Below are positions 29,556 through 44,861 of a DNA stretch of 64,000 bases, piece by piece (position 1 is the stretch's first letter; each line of letters begins with the position of its first letter). The DNA comes from Paraphysomonas bandaiensis. Taxonomy: Eukaryota; Protista; Chrysophyceae. A program made the translations under genes and the position numbers. The DNA is taken from the NCBI GenBank assembly GCA_965644295.1, contig CBFFRP010000559.1, positions 1-64,000 of the forward strand, read 5' to 3'. The notes under the pieces were generated by a model. The model searched no databases, was not told the origin of the DNA, and saw nothing but the letters and a program-made list of their open reading frames with translations.

Positions 29556-29758
29556 CAGGTGTGTGGATTTCGAGTTGTTAGAACTTTCCTTATTTTGAAT
29601 TTTGTATGTATTTCTGTGTATTTCTACGTATGTGTGTATGTATGTGTGCAGATGTCTATGTACTCATATATATATATATATATATATGTCTATGTATGTA
29701 TGTATGTGCATGCTGTTAGTGGTATTGTTGTTAGTGTTATATATCGAATAAGGTCACT

Positions 29759-32700
29759 ATGAATATGCTTGAGCGAGATGAGGTGGAGTATGTCCAAGAA
29801 GAGGATCAGCATGAAGTCATGGTACGTGTCTCTGTACGCATGCGTGTGTCTCTGTGACGAGAGTGGGCAGCATCAGGTCTCATACTCCAGAATAGAGATA
29901 CTGGAGAATCACGGCATCAATAAGACTGATATCAACAAACTAAAAGCATCTGGATTTCATACAGTTGAATCGGTACGTTCATAACCCTATGCACATACAC
30001 ATAACCCTATGCACATACACATAACCCTATGCACATACATATAACCCTATGCACATACACATAACCCTATGCACATACATATAACCCTATGCACATACAT
30101 GTAACCCTATGCACATACATATAACCCTATGCACATACATGTAACCCTATGCACATACATATAACCCTATACACATACATATAACCCTATGCACATACAC
30201 ATAGCCCTATACACATACATATAACCCTATGCACATACATATAACCCTATGCACATACATATAACCCTATGCACATACACATAACCCTATGCACATACAT
30301 ATAACCCTATGCACATACATGTAACCCTATGCACATACATATAACCCTATACACATACATATAACCCTATGCACATACACATAGCCCTATACACATACAT
30401 ATAACCCTATGCACATACATATAACCCTATGCACATACATATAACCCTATGCACATACACATAACCCTATGCACATACATGTAACCCTATGCACATACAC
30501 ATAACCCTATGCACATACATGTAACCCTATGCACATACATATAACCCTATGCACATACATGTAACCCTATGCACATACATATAACCCTATGCACATACAT
30601 ATAACCCTATGCACATACATATAACCCTATGCACATACATATAACCCTATGCACATACATATAACCCTATGCACATACATATAACCCTATGCACATACAT
30701 ATAACCCTATGCACATACACATAACCCTATGCACATACACATAACCCTATGCACATACATGTAACCCTATGCACATACATATAACCCTATGCACATACAT
30801 ATAACCCTATGCACATACATATAACCCTATACACATACATATAACCCTATGCACATACACATAGCCCTATACACATACATGTAACCCTATGCACATACAT
30901 ATAACCCTATGCACATACATATAACCCTATGCACATACACATAACCCTATGCACATACACATAACCCTATGCACATACATGTAACCCTATGCACATACAC
31001 ATAACCCTATGCACATACATGTAACCCTATGCACATACATATAACCCTATGCACATACATATAACCCTATGCACATACATATAACCCTATGCACATACAT
31101 GTAACCCTATGCACATACATATAACCCTATGCACATACATATAACCCTATGCACATACATATAACCCTATGCACATACATATAACCCTATACACATACAT
31201 ATAACCCTATGCACATACACATAGCCCTATACACATACATATAACCCTATACACATACATATAACCCTATGCACATACATATAACCCTATGCACATACAT
31301 ATAACCCTATGCACATACATATAACCCTATGCACATACATATAACCCTATGCACATACATATAACCCTATGCACATACATATAACCCTATGCACATACAT
31401 ATAACCCTATGCACATACATGTAACCCTATGCACATACATATAACCCTATGCACATACATGTAACCCTATACACATACATATAACCCTATACACATACAT
31501 GTAACCCTATGCACATACATGTAACCCTATGCACATACATGTAACCCTATGCACATACATATAACCCTATGCACATACATATAACCCTATGCACATACAT
31601 ATAACCCTATGCACATACATGTAACCCTATACACATACATATAACCCTATGCACATACATGTAACCCTATGCACATACATGTAACCCTATGCACATACAT
31701 GTAACCCTATGCACATACATGTAACCCTATGCACATACATATAACCCTATGCACATACATGTAACCCTATACACATACATATAACCCTATACACATACAT
31801 GTAACCCTATGCACATACATATAACCCTATGCACATACATATAACCCTATGCACATACATATAACCCTATGCACATACATGTAACCCTATGCACATACAT
31901 GTAACCCTATGCGCATACATGTAACCCTATGCACATACATGTAACCCTATGCACATACATGTAACCCTATGCACATACATATAACCCTATGCACATACAT
32001 ATAACCCTATACACATATATGTAACCCTATACACATACATATAACCCTATGCACATACATATAACCCTATGCACATACATATAACCCTATACACATACAT
32101 ATAACCCTATGCACATACATATAACCCTATACACATACATATAACCCTATACACATACATATAACCCTATACACATACATATAACCCTATGCACATACAT
32201 GTAACCCTATGCACATACATGTAACCCTATACACATACATATAACCCTATGCACATACATATAACCCTATACACATACATATAACCCTATACACATATAT
32301 GTAACCCTATACACGTATAAACCTTACACTCATAGTACCCTATACACACATAACCCTATACACGTATAAACCTTACACTCATAGTACCCTATACACACAT
32401 AACCCTATACACGTATAAACCTTACACTCATAGTACCCTATACACACATAACCCTAGACACTTATAACCTTGTACACATATATCTTCTATACACATAGAA
32501 CCCTATACACATAGAACCCTATACACATAGAACCCGATACACATAGAACCCCTATACACATAGAACCCTATACACATAGAACTGCTGTACTCATAGGTTG
32601 TGACATTTATACCATAACATATAGATTATAACTGATATTTTATAACCTTACTTATAGTATATGTAATATAGTGTATATTCCATAACCCTTATATCATGAC

Positions 32701-34584
32701 ATATATCAGTATAACTTATTTATATAGATAGCACATGCCACGATAAGGAAGTTGACAGATGTCAAAGGAATAAGCGACCAGAAGGCTCAGAAACTTAAAG
32801 ATACCATAAAAGTGAATCAGTTAGTATATACGGGGTTTCAGTCGGTACGTTATCGCTGGGTATGTGTTTGTTGTTGATTGTGTGTATCAGGCCACAGACC
32901 GGCTGGAGCAAACAAAGGATGTTATCTCTATATCAACTGGTATGTACTAATAGATACTGGCTTTCAAATATCATTGGAATGGAACGACTAGGTTCGAGTG
33001 ATCTGGATGGGTTGTTGGGGGGTGGAATAGAAACTGGAAGCATGACAGAGATATTTGGCGAATTTAGAACGGGCAAAACACAGATATGCCATACTCTGTG
33101 TGTGATGTCTCAGCTTCCTCTAGATCAGGTATTTAACCGTCCAATGTGTAATATATTTTGTGTGTGTCTATACTTTGACACACAACGCCACTTTGCCGCA
33201 TCATTGGACAGTGAACATGTATACTCTATGTAATAGCTGCACAGGGTGGTGCTGAAGGCAAAGTCATTTACATTGACACCGAAGGAACGTTTCGACCCCA
33301 GAGACTAGTTGCTATTGCGGAAAGGTGATGCCACAGTACGCGTTGGTACATGCTGCTGTTGAATATACTGGTGCCTCCCGTTCTGGGCAGCATATTTTAT
33401 GAAGTGTGTTTGACGTATACCGTAGGTTTCAGATGGATCCGACAGCTGTGCTGGTGAGTCGTGGCAGTACACTATTGTTATTATGCAGTGATATGGAAAG
33501 TTACAAACTCTTATACACGTATGTCCAGGACAATGTTGTGGTGGCTAGAGCTCATAACTCCGAGCAGCAGATGGAACTCTTATCTGATGCTGCTGGCCTG
33601 ATGTGCGAGGACAGGTGCGCTACATACCCTCCACTTTGTTTGCAGTTTTTACCGTTTAGACATGCTACCTTTGCTGTATATGTATTTTACGCAATTTCAT
33701 ATGTCTGTACGTTCATGCCCACGCAGGTATTCTTTGTTGGTCGTAGATTCTGCAACAGCGCTATTCAGGACGGACTACCAGGGAAGAGGAGAGCTATCCG
33801 AGAGGTGTGTTTATAGAGTGCACAACATAGCTGCTGTGTAGTTTGCAATGCTGAAATGTGTACAACACTGAATACGTTTAGCACTGTACAAGATGTACTG
33901 CATTTCGTCGTTTGCGTTACATAGACTCTAGGCAAATGCAACTTGCGCAGTTCCTACGGCAACTTACTAGACTTGCGGAGGAGTTCGGTATTGCCGTAGT
34001 TTTGACGAATCAGGTACAGCGACGATATTGCCAGAGGAATATATACCAGTAGCTTGCTGTAGGAAGTATATTATGCGTATGCAGTGAAACTACATACATC
34101 TGTAGTTGCTACATGCTGTTGTTGCATAGTTATAGATTTCACGGAAGCAGTTGAGTTCAAGTTATGCGATATATACTTGAAATCATCTTAGTATCCCAAC
34201 GGCAAAGCTTTGTATATAACGCCTGGTGCCTTTGTGCAGGTGGTCGCAAACCCGGATGGTATGAGCTTCGCAAAAGATGCTACGAAACCAATCGGCGGTA
34301 ACATTATAGCCCACGCATCAACCACCCGGCTTAAGTTCAAGAAAGGGAGAGGAGATAACAGGGTGTGTCAGGTGAGTGGTATGTGGTGAAAAGTTAGAAC
34401 GCAGCATAGTATATATTTGTGAGCAATGTATGCGGGTACAATGTTGAGCGCGACATTTTGTATTTACAGTTCAATGTGAATGTGTTCATACGATTTTCAG
34501 ATCTACGATTCTCCTTCTCTACCGGAGTCGGAGTGTGCTTTTGCCATCACTAGTGCCGGTATAGATAATGCCAAGGATATTTAG
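29759..34584 (+). CDS. RAD51: DNA recombinase RAD51, multi-exon
   Basis: Spliced product has [111 protein letters not shown] and [12 protein letters not shown] at 34582-34584. Confidence 0.95.
29981..32310 (+). repeat. 20-bp minisatellite (ATAACCCTATGCACATACAT)n, about 116 copies, in RAD51 intron 2
   Basis: Exact 20-bp phase over 2.3 kb with a few recurring single-base variants. Confidence 0.98.
32311..32582 (+). repeat. Derived 49-bp (x3) and about 16-bp (x5) repeats trailing the 20-mer array
   Basis: ACACGTATAAACC at 32311, 32360 and 32409. ACACATAGAACCCTAT units at 32491-32582. Confidence 0.9.
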
Positions 34585-35479
34585 CCAGCCTGTGCATATA
34601 AGCTGCCTCAAATAAGTGCACTGCTGCTCCTGTCGACCATGGCTTTGTCAGTAGTGCACCTTGGACTTTTTATTTTGATATTTAATGCAGTATAGTTTAG
34701 TGAAGATGTTATTAATACACTATTGTTTTTGTACTTAATTTAATTCAAGTAGGTTATTTTTTGCCTGCGTACTATGATAGAAATTAATGTGCTCACATTT
34801 CCTTAATTTATCGCTCTTGAATTTTGGCGCGGGGTCGCAAAAAAGATTCTGATTTAAAATAATATAATTACCACATAGAGAAGTGGAATATCATTAAAGT
34901 TGTCATTTGAAATAAATGTACATAGTGAGCGCAACACTAAACTAAAATATTGTATGCTAATATGTTACCTTGCCCAATAATATGTTGTCAAATAATAAAC
35001 AAATGTTTCAGTTTTAAAAGATGTTTTAAATACTCGGTTGCGAAACACAGTCATTGCAGGGAAGAGCTTTCAAGAATTCAACATCTGGAGAGTTGCTAGA
35101 ATATTTTTTCTCATTTGATCTATTGCTTTTTAGGGATTTTTACAAAAAGTGGGGCAAATGGATTAGCATCTAATATTACAGAAAGTGCCTTATTATTGCA
35201 AGTAGACTTTACATGTGACTACTAAATCTAAAGTAAATGTAATGAGCACTCTGTTGCTAATATTCTATATTCTACTATTATGTATTATGTTATGTAGCGC
35301 TAGGAGAGCTATTTGCCTAACAGCATGTTGATATACCAAACGTCTGCTGAATTAAAAGGATTGTTGAGTCATTGAGTCCTTATGAAGTGAACTTAACGTT
35401 GTCTCTTGAGGTGGCCCATTTACGGATGCTTAATTATTTATTGCCTGTAGATGTCGATATGAGCATAAGAGACAATGAG

Positions 35480-36362
35480 TGGGGTTATAGTGCCTCGTCT
35501 TACTCATCATTCTCAATCTCGTCATCGAGTTTGCCTTCGTGTGCGCGGTTCAGTTCTTGTTTCCTACCGTGGTGAATTTTGACTAATGATTTCTCAAAAT
35601 CTGCATTCTGAACGATTTCCGAGTCTGCGACCAGGTTACTGACGAACTAAATCATCAAATTGTACCCGGAAATCAAGCTGTTCTTCTCTATCTGATTGAT
35701 AAAGTTACAGACGATGATAAAACTCCTATCCTAGATTGCTCCACATCGCTTGGGACAAATAGCACACATCAAAATCAAACCACACACACTCACATGAGTG
35801 GATAATTCCATGTGGCTCTTAATCCAGCTTGAACCTTGTCAGTCCAACCAGCATGGAAATTGGTGTGGTTTGCAAATTGCGTCCACCCTGGTTCATTTTC
35901 TTGAATAGGCCCTTCCTAAATGTGAAATTCTCTGCGTTTCCGTTTAAAAAACCTTTCTGGTAGTTCCTTTTTAATTCAAAAAAGTACTCGTGAAATTTGT
36001 TCTTATGATGCCATTGTCCCAATGATTCTAACCCGTAATTATTGCACACACACGTAGTGATCCCTAACGGATACACATAACGTCATTTATTTGCACTACT
36101 ATACTTGAATATTTCAAAGCCGTTGAATATATTCAATCACCTTTTTCTATGCATCGCGACGGTCGTTGTGGAGGTGCCCAGTTTGTTCTTGTCAACGAGC
36201 TTTGACATGCTATATTACTCTTGTGTGCTGAGGTTAAAGTGTATACTGACCCCTATATTGTCACACAATTATGATTAATAAAGTGATAAAGTGACTGTGC
36301 ACATACATCCAAACTTCTGTGATAACAGATAATGGGTTTGTACCTATGATCAGTTGCTATAC
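35480..36362 (-). mobile_element. Degenerate hAT-like transposase relic
   Basis: Disrupted minus-strand frames give FRVQFDDL*, LVADSEIVQNADFEKSLVKIHHG and PISMLVGLTRFKL, resembling hAT-like transposases as recalled from oomycetes (..FD.L...L...ADIVHSPDFESG.VK..G; PLVGCASHRLNL). Many stops and frameshifts. Flank shared with 24828-24925. Confidence 0.5.
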
Positions 36363-37804
36363 ATCTTAAGATGCAATATATAATTAAGCCAGACAATCAA
36401 TAGCAATGAATTGGCACCATGCACCAATAATAATTGACACTATCATTTCTTAAACCAATAAATTGAAAACCTATTAATTGTTACGCAAGCCTGTGTGTAG
36501 TGAGTGACTGCCTAAATTACATAAATGAATAAATATATTCAAGTTTAAGATTTTTAGAAGACCCCTCCAGACCCCTCGTACAACCTGGACATAAACTGTA
36601 CACAGAGTTTAACCCTCTTATAGACAACACATAACAACATGATGCTGAACGGTAATGTAATCGATAACTGCTGTTGAAGGTGGACTCACTTGAGATCAGC
36701 TGTTGCACCCCGTCCTTTGACACTATGAGCTCGTGTGTTGCACGAAGCTGATGTAGCCTTTCGCATTAATAGGGATCGATGAGGCCTGCTTTTAAGCCTC
36801 CCTGTTGCATGTGAGGTCGTTCCTGTAACGGATGTATGGTAATAAGTGATGCTCGAGAGATGTCTGTGTATGCAGCATTAGTGCAGCTTCACGATCCACT
36901 GTACGCAGGCATTCTCCGTATAGTCTTCCCGTTGAATGCAGTGATGATGACTATGAGCAATCATCTCACTGGATGTAAAACCACTGCATTGTAGTGTATT
37001 AAATAGATGCCATAATATTGCAATGAACTGTAGGAGCTGCTCTGTTACCTTGCAACCCTGTCAATGCATGCATGGGCGGCGCATGTGAGGCAGCTTAACA
37101 GTCAGTTGAGGACAGGATGACATTGCAAGATATTCGAAAATCCCGGAAATTGTGTTTTCAGTCCCAACAAAAATCTAAATTCTATGGGTTTTTTCCCAGC
37201 TAATGAGCATATTTTGCATATATTTGCATATAGTAGATGAAATCCAGAGCTTTTAGGCTGTAGAGAAGAGAAAAGCCTAAAATCATGGGGAAAAAATAAT
37301 AAAAAGGTACTTTTTACTATAAATTCTATATTTTTTTCATATTAGCAATCAAAATAATGCGATTTTACCACTTTCTTTTACCCGTTTGGTGGGAAACATC
37401 CCGTGGAATACCATTCATAACATAGATCTCAAAGTGTGCATAGATCTCCAGATATTATGATATTATACTTAAAGTTAAAGTTGGTTGTGCATTAAAAAGC
37501 CATAGTATTCTACTTTTCAGCGAAATTATCTCGGTAATTTTACTAAAATATTCTATAAATCGTAATCCCAATTGTTTCCAACTATATGTAGCCTGTAACG
37601 GGAGGTATCCCATTTATGTAACCTGTTCGATTTATATGTAGCCGGTTTCGGGAACTGATTCCATCTCAACCACAGGTCTCTAATCTGCTGCTCCTGATGG
37701 CAAGTCCCTCCTATACTTGTGGTGGTTAGTGTTCATATGTATCTACAGGGTTTTCTATAGGTTAGTTTCTCCTCTATACGGTACTACCATGCAGACCTCT
37801 CGTG

Positions 37805-37842
37805 TACATACATACATACATACATACATACATACATACATA
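37805..37842. repeat. (CATA)n microsatellite immediately upstream of CCT2
   Basis: About 9 units, 85 bp before the ATG. Confidence 0.9.
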
Positions 37843-37924
37843 GGCGTGGATGTGCCTATAGAACCCTCATCCATTAAGAGTGAGTATATATATACACACA
37901 CATCTCATTATATACATATCAACA

Positions 37925-40703
37925 ATGGCAGCAGAGGTATGGAACACACACGGTATGATGACATGAATTCATTGTTTTAACAGGCGGTTGTGAATGCGGA
38001 AGCGGAGGTTCAAAAGGTCAGTAGAGGGTCGCATGGATCTCATTGATAAACACATGAATAAATAGGGAGAAAATGCGAGAATGTCTTCATTTGTTGGAGC
38101 AATTGCGATTGCTGATTTAGTGAAGACAACTCTCGGTCCGAAGGGGATGGATAAGATCCTCCAGTCGGTACGTACAGACATACATACACATACATACATA
38201 CACATACATACACATGCATATATAGAGACATACACATACATATAGAGAGAGGGAGATATACATACATACACATAGAGGCTCATATATATAGAGACACACT
38301 CATATATATACATACATACACCCATACACACACACATATATATATGAATATATAGACGCGCATATATACATACATGCACGCGTATGTATATATACACTCT
38401 AATACATATACACATAAGCATATCATAGTGTCGCATACGAATATATAGTGTACAGTGGACTATATACTGTGGTATGCATTACTAATATCGTTACCACACA
38501 CAGGTATCTGATCCCAATAACCAGCGCATTACTATTACCAATGACGGGGCAACGATATTAAAGTCTGTGCCTGTGGATAATCCCGCCGCGAAGGTGTTGG
38601 TTGAGATTGCCAAAACTCAGGACGATACTGTCGGTGACGGGACCACCAGGTGAATTATACTTCTTGAATAATAATTTTTCTGTATTGTGTTGTATTTAGA
38701 ATGATATACAAGTGAAAGTTCTATTTAAACTCTATTGCAGTGTGACAGTATTATGTGGAGAACTTCTGCGCGAGGCAGAGTTTCTAGTAAACCAGCGTGT
38801 TCACCCAATGACAATCATGGCTGGATGGCGTAATGCTGTCCAAATCGCCCGCGGGGCCCTTGAAGGGGCAGCTGTTGACCACGCTGCTGATCCTGTTGCA
38901 TTTCGTGAGGACCTCCTCAACATCGCCCGTACAACCTTGTCATCAAAGCTTCTTAATGTCGAAAAGAATCACTTTGCTGAGCTAGCTGTGGATGCCGTAT
39001 TGAGACTGAAGGGATCTGGAAACCTTGACTATATTCAGGTTTGGTTCGCGTGTTATCTCTGTCTATATTCTGTTTTTCATAGATCTGTGTTGTCATTTGT
39101 CATATCCAATGTTTGTACCAACATAATCTGTTGTACGTGTACCCAGGTCATTAAGAAACCTGGAGGGTGCCTACATGATTCTTTTCTTGAAGATGGATTT
39201 GTTTTGGACAAAAGCTTTGGGACAGGACAGGTACCTGATGCCAAGCAATGTCATGTCTTATATCACATAAATATGCCAAGCCGCTGATGTAAATCTACGA
39301 TACGTCACTTTTTAATAAATCACTCAATTATTCACGCGTTATGTACGCAATTATTGTTCAATGCCTTATTGTTTGTGTAGGTCCATCGTGTGGAGAAAGC
39401 CAAGATTTTAGTTGCCAATACCCCAATGGATACAGACAAGATCAAGATATATGGGTCCAGGGTAAGCATACCATGATACCATGTGCACCACATGATATGT
39501 GCTGCGGACTATGTCGCAACAATTTCTATGCTGCACACTATGTGCACCGCACTGCGTAATGTGTCAAGGACTTGTTCTAATTTCTATTGGTGTCGTGTAG
39601 GTCAGAGTGGACTCTATGGCGAAAGTGGCTGAAATCGAAGATGCGGAGAGGGAGAAGATGCGCAAGAAGTGCCAAAAGATCATTGATCATGGAATCTCCT
39701 GCTTTATCAACCGACAGCTCATATACAACTTCCCAGAGCAGATCTTCACCGATGCTGGGGTGGTTAGCATTGAACATGCAGACTTCGATGGCATTGAGCG
39801 CCTTGCCGCTGTCACTGGTGGTGAAATTGCATCTACTTTTGACAGGTATGATCGTATAATCTCATTGTTCCCGTTTATATCCGCACTACATTTGTCATAT
39901 ATATGTAACTACCGATATTTATTTTCCGATCGTATCAATTGTTCATACTTTTGCGCCATATCATCTCTTAATTGCGCACAGGCCTGAATTGGTTACCCTT
40001 GGAGAGTGCGACCTAATTGACGAGATCATTGTCGGAGAAGACAGACTGATCAGATTCTCTGGCTGCAAGGGCGGATCTGCGTGCTCCATCATCCTTAGAG
40101 GAGCCTCTTCTCATTTACTGGATGAAGCCGAGCGATCTCTTCACGATGCTCTTTGTGTTTTAACAGAAACTGTAAAGGAAACTAGGGTTGTGTGCGGAGG
40201 TGGCTGCATGGAGATGCTCATGGCTCAGGCTATTGACGTGCAGGTGATGTTACTTCCGCGTACTCATATGCTAGGGGTGTCATGTATATGGGTATTTATC
40301 TTAGCACTGGTTCACAGGTTCCGACCACTGCTGGCAAGGCTGCGCTTGCCATGGAAGCCTTCTCAAGGGCCCTGCGTCAACTACCCACCATCATTGCTGA
40401 TAATGCGGGTTACGATTCCTCTGAGCTCATCACTGTTCTCAGGGCGAAGCACGCCAGTGGAGAGAAGCATGCGGGCCTGAACATGAAAGACGGTGAGGTT
40501 GGAGACATGTGGGAGCTTGGCGTCAGAGAATCTTTCAAGAGCAAACTACAGGTGCAGTATACGTTTATATATACCTTCTCTGTGATGTGATGTAACTGTG
40601 TATTTGTATTTGCGAAAAGGTACTGGTCAGTGCAGCGGAGGCAGCAGAGATGATTCTTCGCGTGGACGATATCATCAAATGCGCACCCAGACAGAGAGAG
40701 TAG
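37925..40703 (+). CDS. CCT2: T-complex protein 1 subunit beta (chaperonin CCT2), multi-exon
   Basis: Spliced MAAE|[11 protein letters not shown]|[116 protein letters not shown]. Confidence 0.97.
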
Positions 40704-41496
40704 GCGAGAATTTCTCAGATGATCGTGTGCGCTGTTTATATTTATGGAGTATAAGCAGTTTGCGTGGTGGTTGTGCATTGACTATCGTTTGGTATACTAT
40801 CATGGATTGAGCAGTCCGTACTTGTGTAGAGGCCATGGGTAGAATGAATAGCGCTTTCATAGCAGTTTTAATAATTGACTGTTCGTCAATGTGCGTTGCT
40901 TTGGTGCGACACTTACACTTAATTAGCACTACTTCAGTATCTACGGGTACTATTTGTATTATTGAAATATTATAGTTATCTTTTATTTAGAGTTAATCTA
41001 GTATCTAGTACAATTGCCATTCCTTAAAAGCTTATGTATAAATCCCATTGATTTGAAAAGTTATTTTGATTTCCTTCGCTCTATCACTAAAAGCAAACAC
41101 CGTTAGCAGGAAGAATGTTGATATGTATTGTTCCGATGTCCTCTTAAATAAATGCATATAATGATTTTTGTCAGCTTATACAATTGTACGTTGTATGATA
41201 TCCACGCAATATGATTGGTGCGTAGTGTGCTACGTTCTGAAAATATTTGGCGTCGCTAGAGGTGTCTGAGGTGCTATGTACTATTTAATGTACGTTGCAT
41301 AGACGTTTTATTAATACGTTGGCACATTTATGAAGCCTAGGAACTTCAATGAAATCATCGCAGCAGCTACACAAATCGTGCCAAAATACTTCTTAGTACA
41401 AGCTACAGAAACACATTATCTTACGAAATATATGCCATACACTTGAAAAAATACCCGCACAGTAAATGGCGCCATCACAGCAAAGCAGCTTCACAC

Positions 41497-43628
41497 CTAG
41501 TACGTATACATCAATGTTGTTCCTGGCAGTGCCCCAGGGGGTACTGTTAACTGCATCATCACCCCATTCGGGCTCTTAACTTGAAGCACAGTTCCGGGGG
41601 GGCAATTCGGAGGAACCGTAATCTATAGCACATTTACACTGTAAGGTAGCCATAGAACAAAATACAGTGATGGCTATATTTATCAATTGCATTGTAACAC
41701 CAATCTATGTAAATAGTGGAGTACCTGAGCTTGTCTCGACTGACCACCTGCAGGAGGAGCTCCTGGGGGAGGAGCATATGCAGGCGGAGGCTGGTTATAA
41801 GCAGGAGGGGGAGGAAGTCCCCCCGTCGCCGATGAGTAATTAGAGCCTTGACTATGAGTCTGGGAGAGCATGTGCGACACATTTCCCACGCTTCTGGTAG
41901 GTTTCCCATCAACATAACCTGCCTGAGATTCTCGTGAACGCTGTTCCGCTTCGCTTATAATGTTCCTTGCATGAACCTTCTCGTTCAGAAAGCGAGAGTA
42001 CACGTCCACATAGAGCGAGGCATGCGGATTGCGTTCAAAGTAGAACCTATATATAAATGAATACGTTAGTTGTAATCAGTACTTAAGAACTCAATCACCT
42101 ATACTCCTCGCTTGTGTGGGTTCTCCCGAGCAAATTATCCATGGTGTATTTAGAAAATGGCAAATTTTCATCGAGTGCGTCCAAGTCCATGGGGTTAATT
42201 GCTGCCACCAGCTGAGCCACCATCCAAAGTCCCTTGGTAAAGGGAAATGCCGGGCCTTGGTCAGTGAGTACCTCAATCTTTTCTGCGTTGTAGTCATCCA
42301 GCTCAGCGGTAAATGGGGCCACTTCTTCCACCTTAAAAAATTAAGTCGTGAAAAAGTCCATACATATATACATACGACGGTACACGTACAGAGATTGTTA
42401 CTGTTAAGTACATACAATGCTGCAAGTTCCTTATATATCTTCACTATACTCACTCATATGTATTCTAATATGCAGGACATTATGGCTTTTCAAAACACAC
42501 AATGTGAGGTGCATATATATAGCGTACCTGCTTCATCCATTCGACCTCTGAGTCCTCATTACTGCATGAGAGAAACGTAACGGGATTCTTGTCCGGTTGT
42601 GCTCTATTGATAATAAGTTCAGACACTGCATGTACAGGTCTATCTGTTGGCACCCCATCCGTTAATAAATAATGCATTGTAGGTTCTGAATGTTTAGAAG
42701 CTTCTTGAAATGCTTTTGACAAGACTGTGTATGTAGGTGTCTTGTATCGCACATCAATGCTTGCAAATGTATTCCTGATAGCATCATGACACTCTCTTTT
42801 AAAGTCATCAATTGATTTTCCTGTTCTGTTAAAGGTGAGAATGTTCTCAGCATTTAAGAATTGGATCTGAATGGAGTATGTAGGTATGTATGCCAAGATA
42901 TCCAGCATGACATGCAGTCTGTTCTCTGCTTCTTGCCAGCGTGTCATTTGCACATTTGGGGTACGAGAAATAGCCGGTTGACCATTTGATGGTGGTGTGA
43001 ATAATGATGGACAGCCTTCTGTAAGCATGACGTCTGTAGGAGCTCGCATGGATCCTGAGAGACGAAGGAATCATATGGAGATATATGTACAGATGGATAT
43101 GTACAGATAGATGTGTATTGAAGTACATGGAGAAGTGTATATGTACATATATTTATATATTCATGTATATATGTACAAGTGTATATGTACAAGTGTATGA
43201 GTACCTGAATCATCGACTATGAAGTTGAGTCGATAGTGTCTCAATGCACTCAATTTACTTATCAATCCCACTGGAACTTCATACTGAATGAAGTAATCTG
43301 TGAGTCCCTCCAATAGTTCGCCTCCATCAAGCTCTTGATTGGAATGGAATGAATTGAGATATGTATCATCCTGCATATTTTCCATAGCAGATATTGTCGA
43401 ATCAGACATCTGCATAGGAGTCCCTGTGCTCTCTGATTGGATAGCAGTAGCTTCAGCAATATCTGATAATGAAGACACTACAGCAAGAGTGTCCCCTGAA
43501 GATCCAGAAGTATGTGAATTATTTGAAGTACTCGAAGGATCTGAATGTGCTTTCACCCAATTCAGATATTCAGGATTTTGTTGCATAATTCCATTAACGA
43601 AAATGTATTTCTTGGGTTTACTTGACAT
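41497..43628 (-). CDS. von Willebrand factor type A (vWA) domain protein with Pro-rich C-terminus, multi-exon
   Basis: MIDAS motif FIVDDSG|SM spans an intron; also TRWQEA, TP and YLLTDGVP. Pro-rich linker, then a terminal exon ITVPPNCPPGTVLQVKSPNGVMMQLTVPPGALPGTTLMYTY*. Confidence 0.82.
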
Positions 43629-43838
43629 GATTGAAGATGTGAAGGGAGAGATATTGTGTTTTGAGGTTATATGTATATGTATGTGAATCTGTCAGTCGAT
43701 AAGGATCCATATATAACACATTTATATATACATATACACACAACACTGCAACAACACACATACCTCAACGTCACAGTGTTCTCACACTAGTGCTACTAGT
43801 GACATACATATGTATACAGGTACACTGTACCCATATAC

Positions 43839-44381
43839 ACATACATACATACATACATACATACATACATACATACATACATACATACATACATACATAC
43901 ATACATACATACATACATACATACATACATACATACATACATACATACATACATACATACATACATACATACATACATACATACATACATACATACATAC
44001 ATACATACATACATACATACATACATACATACATACATACATACATACATACATACATACATACATACATACATACATACATACATACATACATACATAC
44101 ATACATACATACATACATACATACATACATACATACATACATACATACATACATACATACATACATACATACATACATACATACATACATACATACATAC
44201 ATACATACATACATACATACATACATACATACATACATACATACATACATACATACATACATACATACATACATACATACATACATACATACATACATAC
44301 ATACATACATACATACATACATACATACATACATACATACATACATACATACATACATACATACATACATACATACATACA

Positions 44382-44415
<34 letters not shown>

Positions 44416-44861
44416 CATACATACATACATACATACATACATACATACATACATACATACATACATACATACATACATACATACATACATACATACATAC
44501 ATACATACATACATACATACATACATACATACATACATACATACATACATACATACATACATACATACATACATACATACATACATACATACATACATAC
44601 ATACATACATACATACATACATACATACATACATACATACATACATACATACATACATACATACATACATACATACATACATACATACATACATACATAC
44701 ATACATACATACATACATACATACATACATACATACATACATACATACATACATACATACATACATACATACATACATACATACATACATACATACATAC
44801 ATACATACATACATACATACATACATACATACATACATACATACATACATACATACATACA

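Noticed and set aside
29981-32310. True telomere or chromosome end
   Set aside because: It is a 20-bp composite unit inside a GT-AG intron, with contiguous RAD51 exons on both sides.
29759-34584. DMC1 instead of RAD51
   Set aside because: [16 protein letters not shown] and [11 protein letters not shown] are RAD51-type; DMC1 typically has PIGGH(I/V)LAHAS.
36517-37130. GC-richer stretch with a short ORF upstream of CCT2
   Set aside because: Frames are interrupted by stops and show no identifiable homology; possibly decayed TE but unsupported.
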